A stretch of 64,000 nucleotides of DNA, taken from contig CATNEN010000024.1 in NCBI GenBank assembly GCA_950097015.1, forward strand, positions 5,952,001 through 6,016,000. Reading direction: 5' to 3'. The DNA comes from Macrostomum hystrix. Taxonomy: Eukaryota > Animalia > Platyhelminthes. The translations under genes and the position numbers were made by a program. The notes under the pieces are model-generated. The model was not told where the DNA came from. It saw only the letters and a program-made list of their open reading frames with translations, and made no database searches. This document shows, piece by piece, positions 40,100 through 52,566 of the stretch (position 1 is its first letter; every line of letters starts with the position of its first letter).

Positions 40100-40169
40100 C
40101 TGCAATGGAATTCGGGAGAGGGCAAACTGCTATGCCGCTTTCTGAAGCACTTTATCTACCATGCTGCTA

Positions 40170-41015
40170 TCAACATGAACAATGCCCATATCCTATAATT
40201 CAATGAACAATGTCAATGAACAATGTCCCTAGTTCCCTCAACAATGTCCCTACTTTAATCAACAATATCCCTACTTCAATCAAAAATGTCCCTACTTTAA
40301 TCAACAATGTCCCTACTTCAATCAAAAATGTCCCTACTTCAATCAACAATGTCCCTACTTCAATCAACAATGTCCCTACTTCAATCAACAATGTCCCTAC
40401 TTCAATCAACAATGTCCCTACTTCAATCAACAATGTCCCTACTTCAATCAACAATGTCCCTACTTCAATCAACAATGTCCCTACTTTAATCAACAATGTC
40501 CCTACTTCAATCAACAATGTCCCTACTTCAATCAAAAATGTCCCTACTTTAATCAACAATGTCCCTACTTCAATCAACAATGTCCCTACTTTAATCAACA
40601 ATGTCCCTACTTCAATCAACAATGTCCCTACTTCAATCAAAAATGTCCCTACTTTAATCAACAATGTCCCTACTTCAATCAACAATGTCCCTACTTTAAT
40701 CAACAATGTCCCTACTTCAATCAACAATGTCCCTACTTCAATCAACAATGTCCCTACTTCAATCAACGATATCCCTACTTCAATCAACAATGTCCCTACT
40801 TCAATCAACGATATCCCTACTTCAATAAACGTATCCCTACTTCAATCAACGATATCCCTACTTCAATCAACAATGTCCCTACTTCAATCAACGATATCCC
40901 TACTTCAATCAACGATATCCCTACTTCAATCAACGATATCCCTACTTCAATCAACAATGTCCCTACTTCATTTAACGATATCCCTACATCAATCAACGTC
41001 TCTACTTTAATGAGC
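40170..41015. repeat. LENG8 intron minisatellite, 21-bp unit CTACTTCAATCAACAATGTCC
   Basis: Tandem periodicity between splice sites 40100 and 41104. Confidence 0.95.
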
Positions 41016-41104
41016 AATATCCTGAAGCATTTTGACTGAGCAATGTGTTATAAGCAAGCATTATCCTTTTGTTGCCCCTGACAGTAACAGAGCATGTCAC
41101 TAAC

Positions 41105-41745
41105 GTGTAATGTCGTGGGTAGACATGAAGTAGAGGATACGATAAGCGGTGAACTCCACACTACGACCCGGCACGCCCTCTTCGTAGAGCGTCTTCAGCT
41201 GTGAATTGCACTGATTAAATTCCTCCCGATCATTGGCCTGCAGAGCTACCTCGGCATGGGTCTCGTACACTCGCACAGTTAGGCGATCGCGAATGCACTG
41301 CACAGTTAGATCCTGTCGAATGGATTTGAACTGTTCGCACACGTACAAGTAGTCGGCCGACTTAGTGACCCATTTCTGCACTACCAGGGCCAGCGCTCGT
41401 TCCAGCGTGGCGCGAGACCTTACTACTGAGGGATCCGGAGCGCTTGTTAGGCGCAAGTATTCCTTCTCTAGCTGAGTACTACTACCCACTATGCTCAGAC
41501 GTTTCCAATCAATGTCGGCCGCATCGTCGCCCTGCCTAAGGGCGCAGAGCGAGTCGGCTACGGAGCCCGTCCACTGGCGACGCAGCAGCTGCTGCTTCTG
41601 CTGCTGCACCTCCTCATTCTGGCGCTGGCTGCGGCGGCTGAGTTTCGAATCCGAATTCGGCCAATTGCCAGTCGCCAACTGCTGACCTCCGCGGCCACCG
41701 CGACCGCGGCCTCGGCCTTTGCCACGACCGGCGCCGCCGCGACCC
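41105..41745 (-). CDS. LENG8: LENG8 SAC3/GANP domain segment (frame B of the large exon)
   Basis: IVGSSTQLEKEYLRLTSAPDPSVVR...CEQFKSIRQDLTVQCIRDRLTVRVYETHAEVALQANDREEFNQCNSQL...EFTAYRILY; donor C|gttagt at 41104; the 5' boundary is uncertain (see finding). Confidence 0.9.
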
Positions 41746-42448
41746 GCGGGTACCCTGGCCGGCGGAGCTGGGCTCCTCCTTGACGCCTTCCTCATCGCTG
41801 ATGTCTTTGCTAACATCGCGGCAACGGCCTAGCCGACCGGCCAGGGGACCGCTGCGGCGACCCTTACCACCAACTGGACTGCGGCTCCGGCTCCAGCTGC
41901 GGCTGCGCAATCGCCGATTCTCACCGCGACGCATACCGCGCCGTCTAAGCATTGACGACGTAGCCGAAGCCGACGCCGCAGCCGACGCCGATGATGTTGT
42001 AGGCGAGCTGGAATAGGGCGAACGAGATCTGGACCTAGAAGAGCGAGAGCGAGATCGCGATCGACTAGCCCGCCGGCGCCTCCGCGGTGGAGGCGAGCGC
42101 GAGCGGGATCGGGATCGGGGGGATCGACGACCGCCGGACGAGGCTGCGGGAGATTTGCCTCCCTGTAGCAGCCAAGGCGGTGTCGGACGCTGAATTAGCT
42201 GCGTTGGCGGCGCCGGCAACTTGGCGCCATTGAATCCTGTCGCCGTCGCGGGCTGCTTTTGCTGCTGCTGCTGCGCGCCGAAGCCGCTGCGGCCGCGACC
42301 ACGTCCGCCGCGTCCGCTAAACAGACTGCCGATGGCAGCTGGCGAATCGGTGGCTGCAGGCTTCATTGATGACCAGTAGCCGAAGCCCTGCCTTTGCTGC
42401 TGCTGCTGCTGGTTGTGTTGCTGCTGCTCCGAGGTTTTTGTCGAAAAA
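41746..42448 (-). CDS. LENG8: LENG8 low-complexity RS/RG-rich segment (frame A of the large exon)
   Basis: Acceptor atatttttcag| phase 2 matches the upstream donor; RSRSRS repeats typical of RNA-processing factors; the 3' boundary is uncertain. Confidence 0.7.
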
Positions 42449-42539
42449 CTGAAAAATATCAATATTATTCACAGCATTAAGGACACAATGCTGAAATATT
42501 CGCATATCGCATAGAATTGCTAAGTTCTCTGGTTCTTAC

Positions 42540-42710
42540 CCGGCCCGCATGTCTGCTATATCTAGAGAAGGTAGCGGCTCGACGTCCCAATTAATAGAAT
42601 GGGCCATATTTTTCTCGGAAACATAATTGATCTTTTGCTTTAGCAGCCGTTCGATACTGTCCTTCTCGGCGTCTGAACTAACGGAGTTGAACGCTCGACT
42701 GATATAATGT
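42540..42710 (-). CDS. LENG8: LENG8 exon 3
   Basis: HYISRAFNSVSSDAEKDSIERLLKQKINYVSEKNMAHSINWDVEPLP matches LENG8 EYVERCF...DWSREPLP; cccacag| and GG|gtaaga, phase 2/2. Confidence 0.88.
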
Positions 42711-42959
42711 CTGTGGGTCGGAATAGGCGCAGCGATTGGCGCACTCGTAGTTTAACGCAAAAAAATTACACATGTTGGATAATTAGGCTTGATAGGCGTA
42801 ATGCTATTAAAACATAATTGGCCAATTTTTTTTGTTTTAAAGCTACTGAAGACGCAAGATTATTTTAAGAACTAAGACGCCAGCGTAGCCACTATGAATA
42901 ATTGATTTCGGTAGTTAGAAAAGCGAAACTATTTACTTAAGGCAGCTAAAGCCACTCAC

Positions 42960-43474
42960 TTAAGTGATAGAGGCCAAGTACTGCTGTCGTTCAAAGACAC
43001 CGGTTTCTGATTGGCTGGTGAGGGAGGCGGCGCAGAGAATCTCGGCAGACGCGGAGCGACCCCGCTGGCGCCGGCAATGCCACCTCCGCGAGACTGGCTT
43101 GTTGACGACATAGTCACAGGAGCGAATGTAGGCAGGAATTTACCTACGGGACCGAAGCCGCCGCCTCGCCTAGGACCAATGAGAGGTGGCACTGATCCAG
43201 TTTGAGCAGTAGAAGCTGCAGCTGGCGTAGTCGACCGCTGAGCGTCTTGTTTTGAAGAGTTTTGAAACTGAAAAAATGTCGCCCGATGCGTCTGAGAATC
43301 TGGCGGCGACGGCGAATCCGACGGAGGAGGCGGCGGCGGCGGCGGTGGCGGTGGCGGAGGAGGCGGCGGGGGAGGCACTTCGCCGGGGGGCGGAGGCAGG
43401 GGACCTCCGAAGCGACTCCTTGACTGCAGCTGGCGCGGCAGCAACGGCGAAATTCCTCGAAGAGCATCGGTACG
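42960..43474 (-). CDS. LENG8: LENG8 exon 2 (Pro-rich, ends ...STWPLSL)
   Basis: Acceptor cccatctgtcag| phase 0; donor AA|gtgagt phase 2; WP motif leads into the conserved block. Confidence 0.8.
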
Positions 43475-43652
43475 CTGACAGATGGGAAGCAAAGTGACAA
43501 TAGGGGGCCGATAAAGTTACAAAAGTTAACACACCTTTAACACACCTACGAATCCATATCGAAATCCTTAAACCTGTTTCCTAAAGTCAAAACTCTAGTC
43601 TCAAAATCTCATTGGCTTTCTCTAAAATATAATTAGACAAATGGCGCCTTAC

Positions 43653-43787
43653 CTGATCAGGCATGCGTTGCTCAGAGGACGACTCGTAAGCACTCGGTGA
43701 CTGCTGAAACTGGCTGGGCTGGAAGTACAAATTATTGTACGTCTGCCAGTCCATTGTTTTTGGGTCAACTGATCCGGGGGTAGACAT
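43653..43787 (-). CDS. LENG8: LENG8 exon 1
   Basis: ATG 43787, MSTPGSVDPKTMDWQTYNNLYFQP...PDQ, donor CAG|gtaagg phase 0. Confidence 0.7.
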
Positions 43788-46133
43788 TTTTTAGCTTTAA
43801 GGTGCTTGCTTGCTAGATTCAATCTGGAAACACATTAACAGGAAGGATTGATTGCATTTTACTTGTTTCAAATGCATGACCTACTGTCTTCAATCCAACC
43901 TTAATACCAGCTTAGAATTAGAACTTTGAACCCACTCAAAAGTAAACTGTCGGAAGACATATATAATTAGCATTAAGAACAAAAAAGTATAGTTTCCGAT
44001 GTACTAGGCATATATGGTATATCTGTTTGCTAAAGTACTTGTTGGGAGCTAAGGTGCATGTGACTCACACACACATCGTACAAATATGATTGTGTTAATT
44101 GGGTACTATAATGTTAGGTTTATATAATTCTATGCTTCAACGTCATAGAACACATGCTTAAAAAGAAAAAAAGAAAAATACATAAAATTTTTTTTTCAGA
44201 AATTAAAGCTAAGTCTATAATAAAAAAGCAATACATTTTAACTAACTATAAATATATAAAATTCCTTAGTATTATACCAAATAATAACTAGACCAAGTTT
44301 TAGTTCTACAAATGGAAACATCCCTAAATACCCTATAAACTCCAAAAATGATTGAAAGTACTTAACTGAGTCAACAAGACACTTTTAGTAAAGTATAAGT
44401 TAATACTTCAGCTAATAACCTAATTAGCTTTTTATAGTTTGTTTGTTCAAATAATGTTTCATTCTGTTTAGTTGGCACCCAATTAGCACTAATGTAGAAT
44501 CTAGAATTGCCAAAATTGAACTTCAAATCAATGTATATTGACTGACTAATTCTACATGCACAGATAGCAGATAAATGAAATACAATAAAGTTCTATGATT
44601 ATTTATATATAATTCAGTATAATTGTTTTTCAAACAATTTAGTAAAATCTGACTTTTCTACACTTTATTTACATTAAAACAATCATTAAACTTTGTTAAC
44701 CCATAGCTAAAACTTCCTTTTTTTGGAGCATTGACTTACCTAGAACCCATAGTCAGCAAGGTCACAATGTGTGATCCAGAAAAAATGTACCAAAAAAAAT
44801 TTCACTATGCACCAACACTAAAAGACTAGATACAAATCACAGAACAAATAAAAGTATTGACTGATGACAACATGATAATACTGTTGAATAGTTTAACCCT
44901 AAAACAAACTAAGTATTATTTTTTTAATGTGTCAATATGAAGAAAAAGAAATTCAGTAATGATAAGGGAGACAAGTAGCACACAATAGAAAAATATACAA
45001 TATCAATTGTTATACTGAAATTTAGCTTTTGTTTTTTGGAACAATTATTGACTTAAGTTTGTACTAATCTTGTTTGCTTTCAGAAGCATTATTGTGTATA
45101 TATGCACAAGAGTCAGCATAAGCAAGTCTTGCAAGTTGGACCATGATATGCATTGATTGCACTAATGTGCACAAGTAGCACTAGCATATACATGTATGAT
45201 GTAAATATATACTGATGTGTTTTACATGAAGGTTAATGAGCATGCAACTAATTTTCCTGCTATACAACCACCTTTCTGACTATAGTCTAGAATATATAGC
45301 CCTTTAATTACTTTACCAAGCTACCAAATAGCCATAATCTAGATCATAGCATAGTGTATGCTAAACTAATATTTTTGTACACTAAGAACTACTCTTTTCA
45401 TGCCAACACCCAGAATTTTTGCCAAGTGTATACCAATATGCCAATTCAAAAAAAAAGAAAAAATTAGATTATATATTCATAATAATAACAAAATGAAATG
45501 ATATATTTTATTTTTATAAAAGGTATATTGGATTTATTTAGATAAATAAGAGTAGAATATTTTATTTCACCTAATTATCACAATCTTAAAATTGCTGGCA
45601 TATTTCATTTAAAAGCAAGATTTATTTATTTTATTGATTAATAAGTTCACTTGCAACTTAGTGCTTACATACACTAAGTGGAATCGAAGACCCAAATGTA
45701 CACTAAACTAGTTTGGCATACAGGCTACCTTCTAGATTATAGCCAAATAGTTTACCACTAATTCAATGCATCACTAAATTTAATTTACTAAAGTCACTCA
45801 AATGACTGATTGACTGGTTATTTGACTTTTGCATGAACTACTAAAAAGTAATATGGGAAACTGATAGGGATTGACAAGTGAATAGTAAATCTACAATATA
45901 GCTAATAATGACATAAGAATGATTCAATCTAGCTAAGTTTAGGCCTCATCAAATTTACAATATCACCAATCTAAATATTAAGCTAAAAATGTTTCTAGAA
46001 TATGGCTAATTAGTGGTATAACTTTTTTACAAGGCAATGTGTTTTTTTATAATTAAAAGTGGAACACTAATAATATTGAATCCCAAAAATACAATTTTAA
46101 ACTCCTTTAGTTTAATAAAAAAATTGGCAGGGC

Positions 46134-46818
46134 ATATTCCTATGGTCCTGTGCCGATAATTTTAATTTTATCCACACGGATCCATGCCGATAATTTTCTG
46201 CTTAGGGGGGCCTATCCACATGCCAGCTTGTATGAATAGGTCTAAAACTTTTTATATAAATATGCTGTGCCATTAATTTAAATTTTATCCACACGGTTCT
46301 GTTCTTTGAATTGAGGCCCTTTTGGCTTTCGGGTTTGAATGTTTTGTTGAACCCTTGAGCCAATAGATCAACAAAGTTGCTAGTGTGTTACAACAGTGTT
46401 CTACATTTTGATCTACACATTCATTAACCAACAGTAATGTCATCCTTTTTTTATTGTAATAACAACTTACTAAATCTTTTGTCATTGTTTGTCATGTTTT
46501 CATTCTAATTATATTGACTTACAACAAAGTAAAAAGTCTATCAGAGAAAATCATACAAGTCAACCAGCAGAATTCTAGTCAGCACCAAACTCGTCACACA
46601 TTTTATACATCATTATTATTCTTTTACATTATGCATTGATAGTGTACACTATACACTATACTCCGAAGCAAAAGCCTTATGCTCAGAGAAGAATAGGTAG
46701 GGACTTGAAAGTAGACCTATTCATACAAGCTGCCGTGTGGATAAGCAGAAAATTATCGGCACAGATCCATGTGGATAAAATTGAAATTATCAGCACGGGA
46801 CCGTGGGGCATGGGAATA
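46134..46818. mobile_element. MITE-like element, ~110-bp imperfect inverted repeats around an AT-rich core
   Basis: 46134-46244 is the reverse complement of 46712-46818 (e.g. AGCTTGTATGAATAGGTCTA / TAGACCTATTCATACAAGCT); no clear TSD found. Confidence 0.6.
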
Positions 46819-49234
46819 AGCACTTCCTAAAAAATTAGCTAATCTAGGATGCTCCTAGGTTGTTTTTCTGCTAGGCCTATGTGTAGTGTAGAATGAATTG
46901 AATAAAATGAATTTATGTAAATTGACTTAGTTAAAACTACACTCAATTCAGAAATATGTTAAACCACACTTTTGAGTGAGACCAAATTTTTAGCTGCCCA
47001 TGCAATGTCTCAATCCATTGCATAGGCCTATTGCACATAAGTCAAAATCCACTTGCAGGTTTGAATTGAGGGCTGGAGGGACAAGCAGCAGTGTGATTGT
47101 TGCACATGCACAGCACAGTGTGAGAATAAAAGTGCCTTTCTGAGTGGCCTGAAAGTAATTTGCATTCCAGTATCACACAGTATCACTGGAAGTATGACTT
47201 CCAGTATCACATGAGTGTGCGGTTCAACATGTTTCTGATTATATATTTTATGGGCCTATGCCTATAGTTTAATTTGAACCTTGTATGTCTAGTTGTAAAC
47301 TTATATTCAAAAACTTAGGTCTAGACATCTTGCTTCTGAAATCCCCATGACGAATGACGATGACAAATTTCTAGACTTAAATATGGTTAGGTCCAGGTTA
47401 GGACGTCATCCCAATAAACTCATACTGTCATAGTCATAGATATAATATATATCGATATTCTTGTTCTTGTTCGATATTCATAATCGAAGAAATTACAGAG
47501 CATAAGGCTTGAGATTTGGTACTAAGTTCCAATCGGCATCTAAACAAAATGTTTATAATAGCCTAGCACAACCGAAGTGACAAACTGGTCTGGTCGAATA
47601 AAATAAATGCGCTGTTTAAAAGTTCAAAACGATAGCTCCTGTAAAATCAGCCCAGTCAGTATGATTAAAAATTTTGTTTGGACGACAGTTAAATTTTAGC
47701 TAAGGTACCTCCATAAAACAAAACATAAACATAAAAATGTGTCTGATCTCCTTTTTTTAACTAAAACTTTTTCTCAGATTTTTTTATTTTGTTGTTTTAT
47801 TTTGTAAATCAACTCAGTTAAAGTTTTTAACTTAACTTGCGCGGTATTTTGACGCGGTTAGACTAAGGCTCGTTTAACAGTCATTCAGTTGATTCAAATT
47901 ATTTCGTTTTTGATGCACTTTCATGCGTTGTTTTAAAGAATGGTCGTAAAGAAAGAATGTACGATCGTGTTTTTTGCCTCGTGTAATGACAAGTGTAAAC
48001 TAGCCTTAGCAAAGCAGTCCCACTTGTTAATACATGAATAATAGCATATTTCTGGCCCGAGAAATTTAGAAAGCAACAGTGAACTCTGGTGTGGAACTAT
48101 ATGTAGGACGCAACAGGTAAATGAAGTATTACTAATATTTTAGTATTAAATAGTATAGTAATCCTAGAATAGTTCATTTTTTGTGAATTACCAGAAAATT
48201 GTACAATTTATCAAAAGTATTGATTAGAACATTTTGTAATAAATCGTTCGTAAAGCAACATCTGCTTCTTAAGCTTAAATCGAGCGTTTATGACTCGAAA
48301 AAATATCGATGAGAAATATACGTCGTGAACTTGGTGTTTCAACACTTCGTAATCTAAATGAAGCATTTACTACTGAATTTGTATTTAGTAGTAAGATTGC
48401 ATAGGAAAGTTGCTTAATATTTCTCTTATGCTTTTGATGCTTTCCATTATATGCATAGTAAAGTGATAAAATTAGTAAAGGCATCATCAGGCAAGCAGGA
48501 CCTTTCTGAAAATTAAAAAAGTAATCGCTGTTTGAGTTAAAAATTCCTGATAGAGATTCGTCTGGAACTCCTTTTTTTCTTGCAGCGCTTAGTTATTGAC
48601 GTCCTGGCTCAAAGGGTGTACTAAAAGCTGCTGTGTCTATAAAAAATGGCGTCTTTAGGTGATCAGCGGGAGTGCAGGATTAAGAGAAAATAGCTGCAAG
48701 ACTCCGTATTCCACAGAAGCGGAATTGATTAATGTCGAAGGTAGGACCAGCATTTACGAGTTTTTGGTCGCTTCCCTAAGATAATTAGCTTTGAAACAAT
48801 TTTATAAATGCTTCGATTCATAGACATGGGCATTGTGTGTTTGAGACTGCGATTATCCGATAATCTTCGTACCTAGGTTTTCATTCGTATTTTCTATGGG
48901 TTTCTATACGGCATGAGTTAGCGAATAATTGTCACTGTATGCAGATGATTTCATTAAAAAAATTCCAACTTTACCTGACAGACAAGTCGGGAGACAAAGG
49001 AAACCAATAAACTATAATGGATTAATATTTCCCGAACCGAACTAGAAATCAACCTGTCAATTGGGCACGCAGCCTAAACGGAAATTCAAATTTCTCATCA
49101 ACATGGTAAATTAAAAATTAGAAATGGTCTACAGAATTTCTAATAAACGAAAAGTCTCAAGGGACTGACGCTTGTAGAACTGCATCCTAGTGTAAACTTC
49201 ATTGTATTTTTACAAGGGATCCTTCACCCACTGG

Positions 49235-49370
49235 GTTTTAGAGTTTCTTACTTCCGGGTTGAGAGGTCGGGAGTTCGCATCTCAGCACAAGGGAAAAATC
49301 GTCCTTGAGTAACACAATCTGAATGTTTCAACAACGATATCACCATCAGTAAAGGGTAAAAAAATTGGGT
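49235..49370 (+). mobile_element. Highly diverged SINE-like fragment
   Basis: GAGGTCGGGAGTTCGCATCTC B-box region and CGTCCTTGAGTAACAC remnant. Confidence 0.35.
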
Positions 49371-49734
49371 AGGTGTATAGCAGTAACACATAGCAATTGT
49401 AGTCAATATAGTACCCAAAACGGTTGCTAGTAGGTTTTTACTGTTTACACAGTTTCCTTCTAATTACCAACCTGTAGATATTGCATCTCCTAATGATGGC
49501 TTGTTATCGGAATGTTGCTCAATAGACCAAGACATTGCAGTTAGATAATGCAGTTACAAAATGTCACGCTGAATAATATTCAGGTCGGGCCCTGAACATC
49601 TGCTACGATAATTGACGTGCTTCTTCGCGACTAGTTGAAACTCTAGTCAACACAAGCGTGCATATCTTTCTTAGAACTCTAAATACTTTCATCGTCTTAA
49701 GCCTATGTATCAGTGCGCCTATGTGCACCCACTC

Positions 49735-51000
49735 AGCTATAGGATACATCAGGTGACAAACCCCACACACCTAGGATACATCAGGTGACAAACCCCACAC
49801 ACCTAGGATACATCAGGTGACAAACCCCACACACCTAGGATACATCAGGTGACAAACCCCACACACCTAGGATACATCAGGTGACAAACCCCACACACCT
49901 AGGATACATCAGGTGACAAACCCCACACACCTAGGATACATCAGGTGACAAACACCACACAGCTAGGAGACATCAGGTGACAAACACCACACAGCTAGGA
50001 GACATCAGGTGACAAACACCGCACACCTAGGATACATCAGGTGACAAACACCACACAGCTAGGAGACATCAGGTGACAAACCCCACACAGCTAGGAGACA
50101 TCAGGTGACAAACACCACACAGCTAGGAGACATCAGGTGACAAACACCACACAGCTAGGAGACATCAGGTGACAAACACCACACAGCTAGGAGACATCAG
50201 GTGACAAACCCCACACAGCTAGGAGACATCAGGTGACAAACACCACACAGCTAGGAGACATCAGGTGACAAACACCACACAGCTAGGAGACATCAGGTGA
50301 CAAACACCACACAGCTAGGAGACATCAGGTGACAAACCCCACACAGCTAGGAGACATCAGGTGACAAACACCACACAGCTAGGAGACATCAGGTGACAAA
50401 CACCACACAGCTAGGAGACATCAGGTGACAAACACCACACAGCTAGGAGACATCAGGTGACAAACACCACACAGCTAGGAGACATCAGGTGACAAACACC
50501 ACACAGCTAGGAGACATCAGGTGACAAACACCACACAGCTAGGAGACATCAGGTGACAAACACCACACAGCTAGGAGACATCAGGTGACAAACCCCACAC
50601 AGCTAGGAGACATCAGGTGACAAACACCACACAGCTAGGAGACATCAGGTGACAAACACCACACAGCTAGGAGACATCAGGTGACAAACACCACACAGCT
50701 AGGAGACATCAGGTGACAAACACCACACAGCTAGGAGACATCAGGTGACAAACACCACACAGCTAGGAGACATCAGGTGACAAACACCACACAGCTAGGA
50801 GACATCAGGTGACAAACACCACACAGCTAGGAGACATCAGGTGACAAACACCACACAGCTAGGAGACATCAGGTGACAAACACCACACAGCTAGGAGACA
50901 TCAGGTGACAAACACCACACAGCTAGGAGACATCAGGTGACAAACACCACACAGCTAGGAGACATCAGGTGACAAACACCACACAGCAAGGAGACATCAA
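49735..51000. repeat. Minisatellite, 32-bp unit AGGAGACATCAGGTGACAAACACCACACAGCT
   Basis: Tandem periodicity, about 39 copies, no spacers. Confidence 0.97.
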
Positions 51001-51345
51001 ACAGGTGACAAAGTTTCGCTTAGGTAAATAATTAATTTTAATTAGTTCGATGGGGAATAGACTGGTGGGATTGAGAATAGATTGAAGGGCTGGCAAATAT
51101 ACTATACTTCACGGGAAGATATTTTTTAGACTTTGAGAAGCATTTGAGACAGCTTTCAAGAAAAGAAGATATGAAAATAGGCAGCAGATATTTTATGAGT
51201 GCCTTAAGAGCAGCAAATAGTGCTTTAAAATTTGGTTCCACCATTCTCTTGACCAAGAGATGTGGCAGAAGCATTATTTATTCGTCCGTCATTCATTTCA
51301 TTCATGGACTCCTAGAATACTAGCATTCTAGTGTCAGTGTCAGCT

Positions 51346-52566
51346 TCAATCGTCGGAGATTCCACTGACTCTCAATGGCAGCAGCTGCAGAGTCTCAACA
51401 GTTCTCAGCCGTCTCCGAGAAGGTCCCGCATCGTCAGAATCTGTCATAGCGGCGCTGGCGGCGGCGGCAGCGGCTGCGGTGGCGGCTGCGGCGGTTGAAG
51501 ACTGGCCCGATCTCAGTGCGGTGCGAAAGCTCCGGCTGTACCGGATGAGAACGAAGAAGTTAAGGCAGGAGTCGACTGGTACGACAACTAGGCCCCAGTT
51601 GGCAACGGTCTCTAGCATGCCGACAACCTGCAGGACAGAGCGCCGGCTGCCGCTGCTCACCAGCACGTAGACAGCCGTGACCACGTGCAGGGCAGCGAAC
51701 GGGAACTCGCAGACCACGAAGCCCAGCGACAGGAGCAGGATGAGCCGGCAGGAGCGGTGCCGGGCGGCCCTGTTGAATGCGTGCCGGCGTAGCGCCGCCA
51801 CCATGCGGCCGCCCATCAGCACAATGGCCAGGCCGGGCGCTATTGTGCCTACAGTCTCCAGGGCGGCGTAGCGAATCAGCACCGGCTGCATGGCCGCCTT
51901 GATGCCGACGTCTACGGGCATTGACATGGCGTCAGGCGGCGTCGGGTGGTTGCTATCGTTGCCGTGGGCTGTCGGCGGACCAATCGGAAGCCGCTGTTCG
52001 GTGTCCAGCGCGTCGCTCTCGTCCAGAGAGACGCTGGAGTCCAGCAGGCGAACTGATGATTCGTTGATGAGCCTGACGCCGACAACGTCGGCGGTGAATG
52101 CCGAGCTGGCGTACACAGCGCCGGCTGAGATGGCCACAATGATCACGAGGGCCAGGGCTTGGCGACGCGCACTCAGGAAGCCGCCGCCGCCGCCGCCACC
52201 GCCGCCGCCGCCTGTCGCAGCCGGTGCGTCAACCGCGGAGCCGCCAGTGGCAGCGGCTGCGGCCGCGCGGAATGGTCGGATGACGGCCAGCAGGCGGCAG
52301 GCGGTGATGAACAGCAGCCAGTGGTTGCGCACAGTGTGCAGCAAGTGGAAGCCGGACTGCAGCTCCAGCCGGCCGGCCAGTCGGTAGGTCAGCAGGAAGC
52401 AGGCCAGGAACAGGCAGAGGGCGATCTCGGCGCCAGTCAGCACCAGCAGGCTGCTGGCGCGGCTGCGAGTTTGCTTGCGCACCAGCGCGCCCAGCAGGCA
52501 GGCGTTGAGAGCCACGGCGAACATCGAGAAGGTCAGGGTCACTGACCAGGTCATGAAATCGCGCAT
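51346..52566 (-). CDS. Rhodopsin-like (class A) 7TM GPCR, peptide-receptor-like orphan
   Basis: Seven hydrophobic segments; TM1 AVALNACLL, TM3 ITACRLLAVIRPF, TM6 FVVCEFP, TM7 DSCLNFFVLI; first ATG 52566; the frame is open to ~52620, where an AG acceptor could add an upstream exon. Confidence 0.85.
   Translation of the reverse strand: MRDFMTWSVTLTFSMFAVALNACLLGALVRKQTRSRASSLLVLTGAEIALCLFLACFLLTYRLAGRLELQSGFHLLHTVRNHWLLFITACRLLAVIRPFRAAAAAATGGSAVDAPAATGGGGGGGGGGGFLSARRQALALVIIVAISAGAVYASSAFTADVVGVRLINESSVRLLDSSVSLDESDALDTEQRLPIGPPTAHGNDSNHPTPPDAMSMPVDVGIKAAMQPVLIRYAALETVGTIAPGLAIVLMGGRMVAALRRHAFNRAARHRSCRLILLLSLGFVVCEFPFAALHVVTAVYVLVSSGSRRSVLQVVGMLETVANWGLVVVPVDSCLNFFVLIRYSRSFRTALRSGQSSTAAAATAAAAAAASAAMTDSDDAGPSRRRLRTVETLQLLPLRVSGISDD

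Noticed and set aside
40200-41017. Long repeat ORFs on both strands (NNVPTSI / IEVGTLL)
   Set aside because: They lie within a phase-consistent LENG8 intron; a 21-bp unit without stops is open by construction.
46168-46778. Cluster of perfect DnaA boxes suggesting a bacterial oriC or contamination
   Set aside because: Flanked by spliced eukaryotic genes, arranged as part of inverted-repeat arms, no bacterial genes nearby.
49735-51000. 32-bp (and 34-36-bp elsewhere) repeats resembling CRISPR repeat length
   Set aside because: Head-to-tail units with no unique spacers, no cas genes, eukaryotic context.
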